A stretch of 64,000 bases of DNA. Source: Lingula anatina. Taxonomy: Eukaryota; Animalia; Brachiopoda. The stretch covers positions 2,604,001 to 2,668,000 of the forward strand of contig JBPQGU010000016.1 in NCBI GenBank assembly GCA_051362555.1, written 5' to 3'. Under the pieces are notes generated by a model, which was not told the DNA's origin, made no database searches, and saw nothing but the letters and a program-made list of their open reading frames with translations. Shown one piece after another: positions 48,622-62,020 of this stretch (position 1 is the first letter of the stretch; every line of letters starts with the position of its first letter). Both the position numbers and the translations under genes were made by a program.

Positions 48622-48861
48622 TATAATTTTATTTTAATTTAAAAAAAATAAAGATTAAATTTTTTTTAATTTAATGTTAATAATTATTTGTATTTTAAAA
48701 ATAAATTCTTTTTTATTTTAAAAAAAATATAAAATTAATTAAATGAACAAATTCTATATATTATAAAAAATAAATATTAAAAATAAATATTTTTTATAAA
48801 GTTATTAATAAAGTTAAATATATTTATTAATTAAAAGGTAATAAATTTTAGAAAAATAATT

Positions 48862-49521
48862 ATGAAAACAGTTCAAAATAAAAATATTGAAATTATTAAA
48901 AAAGAAATATTTAATTTATTTCAAAAAGTTTTAAAACAAAATCAATTACTTATTTTTGGTTTAGAAAAAAAAAGTATTAAAACTTTAAAAAATATATCAG
49001 AAAATGAAATAAAAATAAATAAAAAGTATTCTTCTTTATTTAGAAGAATAGTTTATGAGCTTGCATTATCCAATTCATATGGTGTAGATTTGAGGGCAAT
49101 TATTTCAAGTTCATATATTAATTATGAGTTAGAACGTATTGCAGATTATACAAGTGAAATTTCTTGTTTTATATTAAAAAATATTAATTTTGTTCAAAAT
49201 ATTTCTAAAATATTGATAAATATATTAAAAGAAATAATTTTAGATTTTAAAAAAATAGAAGTATTAATAGTTTCATCAAAAACAAAAGATGTATTAGATT
49301 TTTTGAATTTGAGAAAAAAAATTAAATTAAATTCAGATATATTTAATGAAATTTTTGATAATTTGAAAAATGAAAAAGATGATATTATTTTTTCAAAATC
49401 AAATTTCTTTTTTCAATTAAGATCTATTTCAAGAATTTATGATCATTTAACAAATATTTGTGAATGGATTTTATTTGAAAAAAGTTTTGTAAAATTTAAA
49501 GAATATCAAGAAAATAATTAG
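48862..49521 (+). CDS. phoU: PhoU-family protein
   Basis: DLRAIIS, ELERIADY, RIYDHLTNICEW. Confidence 0.88.
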   Translation: MKTVQNKNIEIIKKEIFNLFQKVLKQNQLLIFGLEKKSIKTLKNISENEIKINKKYSSLFRRIVYELALSNSYGVDLRAIISSSYINYELERIADYTSEISCFILKNINFVQNISKILINILKEIILDFKKIEVLIVSSKTKDVLDFLNLRKKIKLNSDIFNEIFDNLKNEKDDIIFSKSNFFFQLRSISRIYDHLTNICEWILFEKSFVKFKEYQENN

Positions 49522-50292
49522 ATGATTAATTTATTAATAGTTGGTGATTTGTTTGGTAAAGTTGGTAGAGATGAATTAAAAAAAAACATACCAATATTAA
49601 AAAAAAATTTAAAATTAGATTTTATAATTGTTAATGGTGAAAATACAACACATGGAAAATCTTTGAGTTTAAAACATTATTTGGAGTTTAAAAATATAGG
49701 AATTGATGCAATAACAATGGGTAATCACACATTTGCATTAAAAGATATTTTCAATTACACAGATAAAATGAAAGATGTTATTAGACCATATAATTTTGGT
49801 ATTGGAGTACCAGGTATTGGTACAAAAGTATTTTTTGTAAAAAATACAAAAATAAGAGTAACAAATTTATTAGGTAGAACATTTATGAGACAAAAAGTTT
49901 TAAATCCATTTTATTCTTTAGATGAAATATTAAAAAATGATGATTCTGATTTACATATTGTTGACTTTCATGCTGAAGCAACTGCTGAAAAAGCCGCATT
50001 AGCTTTTGATTTTGATGGAAAAATAACTGCTTTAGTTGGAACACATACACATGTTCAAACTAATGATTCAAAAATTTTACCAAATGGAACTTTCTTTATT
50101 ACAGATATTGGAATGACAGGACCAAAAAATTCTATAATTGGTGTTAAACCAGAATCAATTATTTATAATGAAAGAACTAATCTACCTTCTAGAATGTTAC
50201 CAGCTTTAGGTGAAGGACAATTTTGTGCTGTTTTTTTAAAAATAGATGAAAAATTAAAAAAAATAATTAAATATAAAACAATTTTTAATTAA
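49522..50292 (+). CDS. ymdB: YmdB/TIGR00282 metallophosphoesterase
   Basis: GD..GK.GR, NGEN, TMGNH, DFHAEATAEK, GTHTHVQT. Confidence 0.93.
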   Translation: MINLLIVGDLFGKVGRDELKKNIPILKKNLKLDFIIVNGENTTHGKSLSLKHYLEFKNIGIDAITMGNHTFALKDIFNYTDKMKDVIRPYNFGIGVPGIGTKVFFVKNTKIRVTNLLGRTFMRQKVLNPFYSLDEILKNDDSDLHIVDFHAEATAEKAALAFDFDGKITALVGTHTHVQTNDSKILPNGTFFITDIGMTGPKNSIIGVKPESIIYNERTNLPSRMLPALGEGQFCAVFLKIDEKLKKIIKYKTIFN

Positions 50293-50299
50293 TAAATTA

Positions 50300-51280
50300 A
50301 TGAATACTATAAGTTATATAATTTTATTTTTTATTTTTAGTTTTTTAACAATATTTTTTATTTATACAATATATAAAATAATAAAATTATTTTCTATTAA
50401 TTGTAATCATATAAAAGTAAATACAAAACCAAAATTAAAATATAATCAAATAATTTTTAGAGATGGATATAAAACAAATTATTCTAAATGAATTGTATTA
50501 GGTTCAGATAATGTTTTTGTTTTATTTCATGGATTAAATTCAAGTTTAAATGACATAAAATTAATTCAAAAATATCTTGCAGATAAAAATGAAACAGTAT
50601 ATTCATTTGATCAAAGAAATTATGGTACAAACAAAACAACAAAATGTTATCATTTTGGTACTTTACGAGATGATTATTATGATTTTATTCAATTAATTTT
50701 AGAAAAACATCCAAATAAAAATATTATTTTATTTTGTCATTCTATGAGTGTATTGGTTATGTCATTGGTTTTAAAAAAATATAATAATTTAAATAAAAAA
50801 ATTAAATTTATTTTTTTAAATTATCCAACAAAATATTTAATTAATTCTAAAATTGTAGATGATCCAAAAAAAAATTCAATAATTTTAAAGATTTTAGAAG
50901 GGATTTATTTTGATGCAAAAGTAATTTTAAGATATTTAGATTTTGAATTAAAAATAAAATTTTTAAGATCTAAAAATAATAAAAATTTAAATTTTTTTAG
51001 TGTTCGAAAAGTACCATTTTATTTATTTACAAATTTTATTTTTACTATGTTTTTTTTTAAAAAAACAATAAGTAATATAAAAGATTATAAAATTTGAATT
51101 TTTATTGGAACAAAAGATGAATATACTAATTGAAAAACAATTAAAAAGCATAAAATAAAATTTCAAAATTTAAAAAATATTAATTTTAAATTTATTAAAG
51201 ATACAAAACATAATATTGTTTATAACAAACAAACTGTAAAAAAAGTTTTTGATATTATTTATAATGATGTTTTAAATTAA
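50300..51280 (+). CDS. Membrane-anchored alpha/beta hydrolase (lysophospholipase-like, 326 aa)
   Basis: LFHGL, FDQRNYG, CHSMS, GTKD, KH. Confidence 0.8.
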
Positions 51281-51942
51281 ATTAATTTTTTATAAAAACC
51301 ACATCTATTATTTATAAAATTAATCAAATTTTTTAAAAAAATTTCTAATTCTTTTTCTTGAAATTTTGAAATATTTATATTTTTATTTGTTTTTTTAATA
51401 TTTTCTGTTAATGTTGGAATGTGAAATGTGTTTTTTTCTTTTCTTTTACAAAAAAAACACAAAATACCACCTTCATCTAAATTTATAAATCCTATTTCAA
51501 TTTTATTTTTACAAATGTTACATTTTTCAAGATTAAAAGAGTAACCTATTTTTTTTAAAAATATTAATAAAATATTTATAATTTTTGATGTTTCTTCTTT
51601 TTTCTTTATGTTTTTTGATTTTAAATATATTTTGTAAATAGAATTTATTTTATTTATTTTCAAAACTTGTCTTATTCAAAAATTTAAACAAATAAATCAA
51701 TTAGAATTATTTTTATTTTCTTCAATTATATTTCCAAATAATCAATTATTTATATTTTTAAAGTTTTTATAATAATTTATTTTTCATTCTTGACCTATTT
51801 TTATGTTTTTTGGATAATCTAATTTGTTGCAAAAAATTGTTTTTATTTTTGAATTTTTTTGTAAAAAATCTAAAAAAAAATTATTGTTATTTGTTTTTGT
51901 ATTTCCTAAAAATATACCTATTAAAATATTTTCATTTTTCAT
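51277..51942 (-). CDS. recO: DNA repair protein RecO-like (221 aa)
   Basis: GYSFNLEKCNIC...GGILCFFC; extended upstream through TGA. Confidence 0.75.
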
Positions 51943-52028
51943 AATTATTTTTATTTTTATTTTTTAACTTTTATTTTTATAATTTAATTTTTTTAAAATT
52001 TTTTTATTCAATTAAATATAATATTAAT

Positions 52029-53126
52029 ATGTTAAAAATTGGTATTATAGGTCTTCCTAATGTTGGAAAATCAACATTGTTTAATTTAATTACAAATTCA
52101 AAAGTTGAAGAGGCAAATTATTTATTTACAACAATTGAACCAAATATTGGAATTGTTGAGGTTCCAGATAAAAGAGTTGATAAATTAATTAAAATTTTTA
52201 AACCAAAAAAAGTCATAAAACCTTTATTAAAATTTTGAGATATTGCAGGTTTGGTAAAAGGTGCAAGTAAAGGTGTTGGTTTGGGTAATAAGTTCCTTTC
52301 ACATATAAGGGAAACATCAGTTTTAGTACATGTTGTAAGATTGTTTGAAGATAAAAATATATTAAAAGATGATTTAATAAATCCATTAGAAGATTTAAAA
52401 ACAATTAACTTAGAATTAATAATTTCTGATTTAGAAGTTTTAAACAAAAAAAATGATAAATTAAAAAAAACTATTAAAACTTTTTCTATTGAAGAACAAA
52501 ATTTTAGAAAAAAATTATGCAAAAAAGCAATTAATTTGTTAAATGAAAGTAAAATGCTTTATACACAAAATTGATCAGAAAATGAAAATAAAATATTGAA
52601 AGAATGGTCACTTTTAACAAATAAAAAAACTTTAGTATTAATAAATGTTTCAGATGATTTTTATTTAAATTTAAAAAATTTAGAAAAAAAAACTGAAATA
52701 ATTTCTTATTTAGAAAAAGAAAAAATTGAATATATGTTTATGCCAATTGTTTTTGAAAAATTATTATTAGATTTTTCAAAAAATGAAATTGAAGTTTATA
52801 GAAGAGAAAAGAATATTTCAAATAATACATTTGATATTTTTATTAGAAAAGTTTATAAAATGTTAAATTTATCAACATTTTTTACATGTGGAAAAGAAGA
52901 GATAAAGGGTTGAACATTTCAAAATGGAAAAACTGCTTATGAATGTGCTGGAATTATACATTCAGATTTTCAAAAAGGTTTTATAAGATGTTTAGTTATT
53001 GATTCTGAAGTTTTAATAAAATTAGGTTCTGAACAAAAAGTAAAAGAACATGGAAAAATTAGAAGTGAGGGAAAAAATTATATTGTTAAAGATGGAGATA
53101 TTTGTCATTTTCTTTTTAATGTTTAG
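52029..53126 (+). CDS. ychF: Ribosome-binding ATPase YchF
   Basis: [35 protein letters not shown]. Confidence 0.96.
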
Positions 53127-53167
53127 TTTTTTTTAAAATAAAATTATAAAATAAAGTTAAATAGATT

Positions 53168-55501
53168 ATGAATAATATAAATAAAGAAATACCATTATTA
53201 ATTACAAGAAAAATTTATGTTCTTCCTGGAACAAGTATTAGTCTTACTTTTAAAGAAGAATATTCATTAAATGTTTTTGATTATATTTTAAAACATAAAT
53301 TAAAAAAACAAATTTTAATTGTTTCACAAAAAAAAATTAATCAAAAATTAAAAGATATATCAAATGTTTATAAAATTGGAGTTATTGCAAATTTTAAGAT
53401 AATTTCTAGAAATAAAGAAAATAATTCTTTAATTGTTGAGTTTTTTTCAATTGAAAGAATTAAAATTATTGAAATTGAAGAAAAAGAAAAAATTTTATTA
53501 ACACATAATTTTGAATTTTTAAAAGATAAAAAATTAACATTATTACAAAGAAAAAAAATTTCAGAAAGTTTTTTAAGTAAATTAAAAATAATAAATAAAG
53601 AACTTTATACAAAAGTTGAATTAAAAATTTTTAAAACATCTGAAATAAATGGATTTATATACATAATTTTAAACAGTTATCCAATTGAAAAAAGTTATAT
53701 TAAGCAAAAATCACTTGAAACAAATAGTGTTATTGAAAGGTTTTCATTATTAGAAGATTTTGATAAATTTAAAAAATCTGATTTTTTAGATTTAATGAAA
53801 ATTGTTGATATACAAATTGATGAAATTGTTAAAAATACACTTTCTGAACAACAAAGAATTTTTTTATTGAAAGAAAAATTAAAAATTATTAAAAAACAAC
53901 TTGGTGAATATGATGGTAAAAAAAATACTGTAAGTTTATATTTAAAAAGATTATCAAATGAACCATTTCCAAAATATATAAAAGAAAGAATGGAAGAAGA
54001 AATTTCTAAATTACAAACTTTGCATCCATCTTCTGGTGAAGCTGGAGTTGTAAAAAATTATATTGATTGAGTAATGAGTTTGCCATGATATCAAGAATCA
54101 GAAGATAATAAAGATTTAAAAAAAGTAATCAAAATATTAGATTTAAATCATTATGGTTTAAAAAAACCAAAAGAAGTAATTATTGAACATTTAGCAACCA
54201 ATATTTTTTCAAATAAAATTTTTGGACAAATAATTTGTTTAATTGGTCCGCCTGGAGTTGGTAAAACATCATTAGGTTTTTCAATTGCTGATGCATTAGG
54301 TAAGAGATTTGCAAGAATTTCATTAGGTGGTGTAAAAGATGAAGCAGAGATAAGAGGACATAGAAAAACATATCTTGGTTCTATGCCAGGTAAAATTATT
54401 AGAGCTATAAAGAAAACAGGTACAAAAAATCCATTAATTTTAATTGATGAAATTGATAAACTTTCAAGTGATTATAGAGGTGATCCAACAAGTGCTATGT
54501 TAGAAGTTTTAGATCCAGAACAAAATTCAACTTTTTCAGATCATTATATTGAAGAACCATTTGATTTATCGAAAGTTACATTTATTGCAACTGCAAATTA
54601 TGAATATTCAATTCCAACAGTTTTAAGGGATAGAATGGAAATAATTTATCTTTCATCATATACTGAATTAGAAAAAATTGAAATTGCAAAAAGACATTTA
54701 ATTCCAAAAATTTTTAAAGAATTAAATTTAGGATTAAATAAAATAGAGTTTGAAATTTCGGGAATTTTAGAAATTATTAAATACTACACACGTGAAGCGG
54801 GTGTTAGGGAATTAAAAAGAAAAATAAACAAAATTTGTAGAAAAATAATTGTTAAATTACTTTTTAAAAAAGTAAATGAAAAAATAGTTATTAATTCCAA
54901 AAATATAGAAAAATATTTAGGTAGAAAAATTTTTGAACATACTTTAAAAAATAAAAATGATGAAATTGGTGTTGTTACAGGATTAGCTTATACTGAATAT
55001 GGTGGAGATATTTTACCAATAGAAACTACAAATTTTAGTGGTACAGGTAAATTAATACTTACTGGTAAATTGGGTGAAGTAATGAGAGAATCTGCTAATA
55101 TTGCACTAGATTTTATTAAATCAAATTCAAAAAAATTTAAAATTAATAATAAAATTTTTAGTTTAAATGATATACATATTCATGTTCCAGAAGGTGCAGT
55201 TCCAAAAGATGGACCATCTGCTGGGATAACATTAACAACAGCATTAATTTCATTATTTAAAAATAAAAAAATTTCAAATAACATTGCAATGACTGGAGAA
55301 ATAACTTTAACAGGTAAAATTTTACCAATTGGTGGTTTGAAAGAGAAAGCAATTTCTGCAGTAAGAAGTGAAATACAAACAATAATAATACCTAAAGAAA
55401 ATAAAAAAGATGTTAAAAAAATTCCTAAAGAAGTTTTGGATAAATTAGAAATTATTTTTGTTTCAGATTATTTTGAAGTTTTTGAATATTTTTTTAAATA
55501 A
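53168..55501 (+). CDS. lon: Lon protease
   Basis: GPPGVGKT, DEIDK, PKDGPSAG, IGGLKEK. Confidence 0.97.
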
Positions 55502-55504
55502 AAA

Positions 55505-55966
55505 TTATTTTATATAAAAATCCAAAAAAAATGCTCCTAAAATTGAATCTGCTTCATCATCATTTATATTTTTTAGATTAAATTTTTTTTCTACTCAAAT
55601 TATTGTTGATTTTTTTTTAATATTTCTTATAGGAATTTTTTTTAATTTTGTAGCATCTCTTCAAATTGTTCATTCATTTAATAGAAAAAATGAACTATTT
55701 TTAAAATAAATAATTAATATTGAAATCATAAAAGAAATTGACATTATAGTTTTACAATTTTTACCAAATGGTTCATAACTTCCAACTTTTTTAAAAATAT
55801 TTATATTTGGAAATTTATTTTTTAAATAATTGTTAAATAAAATTATTTTTTCTTTATTTGATTTTTTTGCTTTTTCACCAAGATCAAATTTTTCTGTTAA
55901 TATCAATTTTTGATTTTCAAAAATTGAAAATGCCCCTTTTATTCCTAAATCAAAAAAAATTATCAT
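55505..55966 (-). CDS. RuvC-like Holliday junction resolvase, phage-type (153 aa)
   Basis: IIFFDLG, central E, WR, NDDEADSI. Confidence 0.7.
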
Positions 55967-56094
55967 ATAAAATATTAAATAATTTTAATTTAAATTTTTT
56001 GATATTTTATTTTTTTAAAAAAATAAAATTTATATAAATTTTTAAAAATTTTTAAAAATGTATAATTTAATTAGTAATTATTGTAAATAAAAAA

Positions 56095-57084
56095 ATGAAA
56101 GATTTAAAAATGACAAATTTAAAAATGACAAATTTAAAATATATTTTAGATGAATCAGTTGATAAAAAAGAATATATTTTTTTTGCAATGGCTTATAAAC
56201 CAGTTAAAAAAACTGCAACAAATGGACAATCATATATTAATTTGTATTTAAGAGATAATAAAAATTCAATTAATGCAAAAAAATGAAACATTTCTTCAAA
56301 TGATGAAGAAAAATTAAAACATGGTAATGTTTTAAAAATTTTTGGAAAAACAAATTTTTATAATGGTGTTATACAATTTATAATTCATTCATTAGAAGTT
56401 GTTTTAGATGAAAAAATAATTAATTTAATACTTCCATCAAGTCCAAATAATATTGAGAATATGTGAAAAGAATTTCAATATTTTTTAAATGAAATTAAAG
56501 ATGAAGATTATAAAAAAATTATTTCAACAATTTTTGATGATAAAAATAAAAAAAAGTTTAAAGAAACTAGAGGTGGTATTTCAATACATCATGATGTATT
56601 TGGTGGTTTGTTATGACATACATTAACAATTTTAAAATCTGCTGAAAAAATTTATGAAATTTATAGTAAAGAAATTTATATTGATAAATGTTTATTATAT
56701 TCTGGAATTATTTTTCATGATATTGGAAAAATTTATGAAATTGGTGATTTTTTAAATGAAAGTTATTCAAATCAAGGTATGTTGTTAGGACATATTTCAA
56801 TTGGAGCATCATTAATTTTTAAAGTTGGAAAAGATTTAAAAATTAATGAAGAAAAAATTTATAAGTTACAACATTTAATTTTATCAAGTCATGGAAAATT
56901 AGAAATGGGATCACCAGTTGAACCTAAGATGATAGAATCAATAATACTTTCACATTTAGACAATTTAGATGCTAAATTAAATTCTATTTTTAAAGCAATC
57001 AAAAATACACAAGAAACTGAAAAATGAACAAATAAAATAAGTACATTAAACAATTCTAAAATTTATATTCCTAAAAAGAATTAA
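56095..57084 (+). CDS. yhaM: 3'-5' exoribonuclease YhaM (OB + HD)
   Basis: LRDN..SINAKKW, HHD.FGGLLWH, HDIGK, SSHGKLE.GSP. Confidence 0.9.
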
Positions 57085-57097
57085 TTTAAATATTATT

Positions 57098-58393
57098 TTG
57101 AAATTTGTAGATTCAATAAAAATTAAAGTAAAAGCTGGAAATGGAGGAAATGGTGCATTATCATTTTTTCAAGATTGACACCAAAAAGTTCCTAGAGCAG
57201 ATGGTGGAAATGGAGGAAATGGTGCAGATATAATTTTTATTTCATCATTTTCAATTAATACATTTTCAAATTTTAAATCTAATCAATTAATTAGAGGAAA
57301 AAATGGTGAAAATGGTAATAAATCAAAAAAAAATGGAAAAAATGCTGATCCATTGATTATTAAAGTTCCAGTAGGTACTGTTATTTTTTCAGATGATAAA
57401 AAAAATATTTTCTTTGATTTTGATGAAGAAAATGAAAAATTTACAATTGTATATGGAGGGAAGGGTGGTAGAGGAAATGCATTTTTTATTTCTAATAAAA
57501 ATAAATATGGAAAAAAATTTGAAAATGGAACATTAGGTGAATATAGAGAGATTGTTCTTGAATTAAAAACTATTGCAGATATTGGCTTAATTGGATTACC
57601 AAATGCTGGTAAATCATCATTACTAAAATCAATTACTAATGCAAAACCACAAATTGCAAATTATGAATTTACTACACTTTCACCAAATTTAGGTATTTTA
57701 AAGAAAGATAAAAAAATATTAAAAATAGCTGATTTACCAGGTATTATTAAAGGTGCAAGTGTTGGTGCTGGACTTGGAAATAAATTTTTAAGACATATTG
57801 AACGTTGTAAATTAATTTTACATATTATAGATTTGAATGTAGAATCATATGAAAAATTTTATTCTAATTATAAAATAATAAAAAATGAGTTATTAAAATA
57901 TGATTTAAATTTTTCAAAAATTCCAACTTTAATTATTGGAACAAAAATAGATCTTGAAAATTCTAAAATTATTGATTCAAAAATTAAAAATAAAAATATT
58001 TTTAATTCAAAAAATTATTTTGTTGTTTCATCTATTAGTTTTAAAAATATTAATGAATTAATTTTAAAATTATTTAAATTCTATGATAAAAATAAGAAAA
58101 ATAAAACAATTTTTGAAAAAAATATTCAAAAAAAATATAAAAATAATTTTTTAATAAAACATTTACCACATTCTGAAATAAGATTAAAAAAAATGAATAA
58201 AGGAATATGAGAAATTTCTGGTCAATTATTTGATAATTTATTGAAAAAATATGATATTTTTTCTGATGATGGTTTAGAAAAAATAAATATGTTTTTCAAA
58301 AAAAAAGATATAAGAAATTGTTTGCAAGTTGAAGGTATTAAAAATAATGATATTATTGTTTTAGCAGGAAAAAATTTTATTTGAAAATATTAA
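57098..58393 (+). CDS. obgE: GTPase ObgE (TTG start)
   Basis: FVD..KI.VKAGNGGNG, GLPNAGKSS, DLPG. Confidence 0.95.
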
Positions 58394-58457
58394 TAAAATA
58401 AAATAATTTATTTAAAATTAAATTGCTTATGTTAAAATAATTATTAACAAATATATT

Positions 58458-58682
58458 ATGAGTTTAACAATAGAACAAAAAAAAGAATTACTTAAAAAAA
58501 ATCAATTACATAAAAATGATACTGGTTCAGTAAATGTACAAATTTCATTTTTAAAAGAACAAATAAAATATTTAACAGATCATTTGAAAAAAAATTTAAA
58601 AGATATTGTTGCTCGTAGAATATTACTTAAAAAAGTTGCTTATAGAAAAAAATTATTAAAACAATTAAATAATAAAAAATAA
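58458..58682 (+). CDS. rpsO: 30S ribosomal protein S15
   Basis: NDTGSVNVQI, LTDHL..N.KD. Confidence 0.93.
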   Translation: MSLTIEQKKELLKKNQLHKNDTGSVNVQISFLKEQIKYLTDHLKKNLKDIVARRILLKKVAYRKKLLKQLNNKK

Positions 58683-59006
58683 TTATTTTTTATTAAAATT
58701 TATAATTATTTTTTTTTCAAAATATAAATTTATTGTTTGTAATTGTACTATTAATATTTTTAAAGTATTTTGTATTTCAGTATTTGATTTTAAAACTGTT
58801 ATTTTTGTATAACCACTTTTATTTTCTATTTTAATTAATTTTTTAATATTTTTTTTATTTAAAAAATTAATTCCACCAAGAATTATTGTTGAAACTATTG
58901 CACATAAAGTGCTTATTTTTTCATTTTGTTTAACTTTTTCATGTCCATAAACTTCAAGGATTGAAATATTATTTTTTGTTGATGTTTGTATATTAATTTT
59001 AATCAT
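58683..59006 (-). CDS. Ribosomal-processing cysteine protease Prp (YsxB family)
   Basis: EVYGH...LCAIVS. Confidence 0.75.
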   Translation of the reverse strand: MIKINIQTSTKNNISILEVYGHEKVKQNEKISTLCAIVSTIILGGINFLNKKNIKKLIKIENKSGYTKITVLKSNTEIQNTLKILIVQLQTINLYFEKKIIINFNKK

Positions 59007-59775
59007 TACTATTTTTTTTAATTGGTCCAAAAAAATGTTTTTCAATTTTTATTTTTAAATTATTTTGTTTTGAATAATTTTTAAAAATATCATACATATG
59101 ATTTACAAATTCTTCTTCCATTTGATGTCCTAATACTATAACTTTTTGTTTGTATTCTTTTGCTTTTAATCAATATTTTCACTTTAATTCACCAGTTAAT
59201 AATAAATCTATATTATTTTCATATGCTGTTTTTAAATTTGAACCACCAGAACCTGGTGAAATTAAAATAGTTTTTATTATTTTTTCTTCATCTCCAAAAA
59301 AATCACAACTTTTAATGTTAAAAATTTTATTAATGTATTTTATAAAAATTTTTAATTTTTTTGGTTCTTTTAATTCACCAGCTATACATAATTTGTTTTT
59401 AAAATCTTTTTTATTTATTATTTTAATTTTTTTTAAAAGAACATGTTTTAAAAAAATCTCATCATAATTTGTATGTAATGAATAAACAGAAATATTATTT
59501 TTTTTTAAAATTTTGAATTGTTTTTGTTTTTCAATTACTTTTATAGCTTCTTCTTTGTTTGGATAAAAAAATGGATGATGTGTTACTATTAAATTTGTTT
59601 TTGTTTTAATTGCTTTTTTAATAATTTCATTTGTACAATCAAGTGAAATCAATATTTTTTCAATTTTAATATTTTCATTAAAATTTAGTTGTTCACCAAC
59701 AAAATCGCCTTCTATAATATTTTCAATAGGACAAATAGATTCTAAATATTTTTTTATATTTTTGTATTTATTCAT
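58999..59775 (-). CDS. Nif3-like dinuclear metal protein
   Basis: THHP, HTNYD, GSGG, TGELKW, GH..E. Confidence 0.9.
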
Positions 59776-60436
59776 TATTTAATATTTTTTCAATTTTTTC
59801 AATTTTATTATTAAATTTTGTTTTTTGTTCTTTATTTTTAATTTTTGTTATATTTATTTTTAAAAATTTTAATGTTTTATTTCAATATTTTATAAAATCT
59901 TTAGACTTTTCTATTATAAGTAATGGACCAAAAAAAATTTCATTTGTACTTAATTTTTTATATTCTCTTTTATTTTTTGTAATAAATATAGAATGATAAA
60001 AATGTCCTTTTTCTTCTAAAATATTCTCTTTTTTTATAGAATATTCTTTTATATTTACTCAATTTCTTATTTGTTCTAAATTTTCTTTAGTTTGTATAAT
60101 TATATTTTCTTGTAAGTTACTATCTAATTTTAATATTTTTAAGATTTTAATAATACCCATACCAGCAATTATTATTAAATCTAATTTTTGATCTTGTAAT
60201 GGATTTAAACCAAAACCATGAATTCATTTTATGTTTTTATATATTTTTTCATCATTTAATTTTTTAATAATTGATTTTACAATATCAATGCCAAAAATAA
60301 ATTTATTTTCATCATTTTCTGAAAGTTTAATAGGTAATTTACCATGATCAGTTCCAATATCTGCAATTATTTTTAAATTTTTTTCTTCTTCAATTCATTT
60401 AATTAATAATTTCAATCTTTTGTTAATTTTGTTCAT
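59768..60436 (-). CDS. trmK: tRNA (adenine22-N1)-methyltransferase
   Basis: ADIGTDHGKLP, IAG.G, GPLL; upstream of nif3. Confidence 0.9.
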
Positions 60437-61042
60437 TTAATTATAAATAGAATTATCAAAAATATATTCTTCATTTTTTAAATTAGCATTTGTTAGCTTA
60501 ATTATTTCTGAATTCAATTTTTTTACTTTTTGTAAATCAATTTTTGGTTTTAATATCAAAATAATTATAATTGTAAATATTTTGAAAAATATTAATAATG
60601 AAATAATTATTTTTATTACTATATCAATGTTTTTTATTAAATTATTTTCTTTTTCTTTTATTTTATTATTAATTTCTTTATTTGTAAATGTTCATAAAAT
60701 GATTATTAAAATTATACAAAAAATTATTGATAATGAATAAAAAGATATAGAAACATTATATTTTTCTGTTTTTGTATTAAAGTTTTTAAAACTTTTATAA
60801 ATTATAAAAAAAAATATAAAAAAAAATAAAATTCATATTAATCATTTTTTAAGGAAAAAAATTTTTAATATAGCATCTTTTGCATATTTTAAATAAATAA
60901 TTCCATAACCAATAAAATATGTTGATATTATTAAAAAAACAAAAATACCAATTAATCTTTTTAAATATGGTATAAATTTTGGTTTTCTATCATATAAGTA
61001 AACTTTATTAAAATCTATATTTTTATTTATATGTTTTTTCAT
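60437..61042 (-). CDS. Hypothetical multi-TM membrane protein (201 aa)
   Basis: Open frame in code 4. Confidence 0.75.
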
Positions 61043-61056
61043 TTTTTTTTGTTTTT

Positions 61057-61986
61057 TTATTTTGTTAAAAATAATTTAAATACTAATTCTTTTGTTAAAA
61101 AACCACTTTTAATATTATATTCTAGTAAACATCATTTTTCAATTATTGAACTTAGATCATTTTTTCTTTGAATATTTAAAATTTTTATTAAATTTAAAAT
61201 AAAAAATTGATTTTTATTAAGTTTAATTGCTATTTTTTTATAATTTAAATTTTGCTTTTGTAAAATTTGTATTTTTTTTATAATTCAAATATATGTTTCT
61301 AATAATATTAATATTGAATTAATTGAAGTTTTTTCTTTTAAAATTTTATTGTATATTTTTATACTTTTTTTAATATTATTTTTTAATATTTCATTAAATA
61401 ATTCAAATATATTTTTGTTATTAAAAACAGTTAAAATTTTTTTTACATCATTTAATTTTAATATTCTATTTTTTGCAAAAAAATAAAATATTATTTTTTG
61501 CATTTCATTGTTTAAAGTAAAAAAATCATCTAAAACATTTAAAGAAATTCAATTTATAATTTCTTTTTCATAAAATATATGATTTTTTTCAAGTTGATTT
61601 TTTATAAATTTTTCTTTTTTAATTTTAGTTATTTTACTTATTTTTTTTAAAAAAGAAATTTTTTCAATTTCTTTAAAATTTTTTTTAATTTTTAAATTAT
61701 TTCAAAAAAAAATAAAATTTTTTGATTTTTTAAAAATTTTTAATAATTTGTCTTGTTCATTTTTTGTTATTTTATTTCAATTTTCTAAATTTATAATTAT
61801 TTTTTTAATAAAGAAAAAATTATTTGTATTGATTTCATTAATTAATTCATTTATTTCATTTTTTTCTTCTAAATTAAATGAGATTGTTTTTATTTTTTTA
61901 TTTAAATTATTCTCTTTCATTATTTCTTTTGTTTTTTCAATAAAAAGAAATTTATCTTGACTATTTATTAAATATAAAAGTTCCAT
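61057..61986 (-). CDS. holA: DNA polymerase III delta subunit
   Basis: 309 aa; NEMQK, NIFEL, EYNIKSG; follows comEC as in Firmicutes. Confidence 0.8.
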
Positions 61987-62020
61987 ATTTTTATTTTATG
62001 TTTTATTTTTAAAATTAAAA

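Noticed and set aside
56102-56139. 15-bp tandem duplication at the yhaM start (MTNLK x2)
   Set aside because: A minor in-frame slippage that only makes the start codon ambiguous
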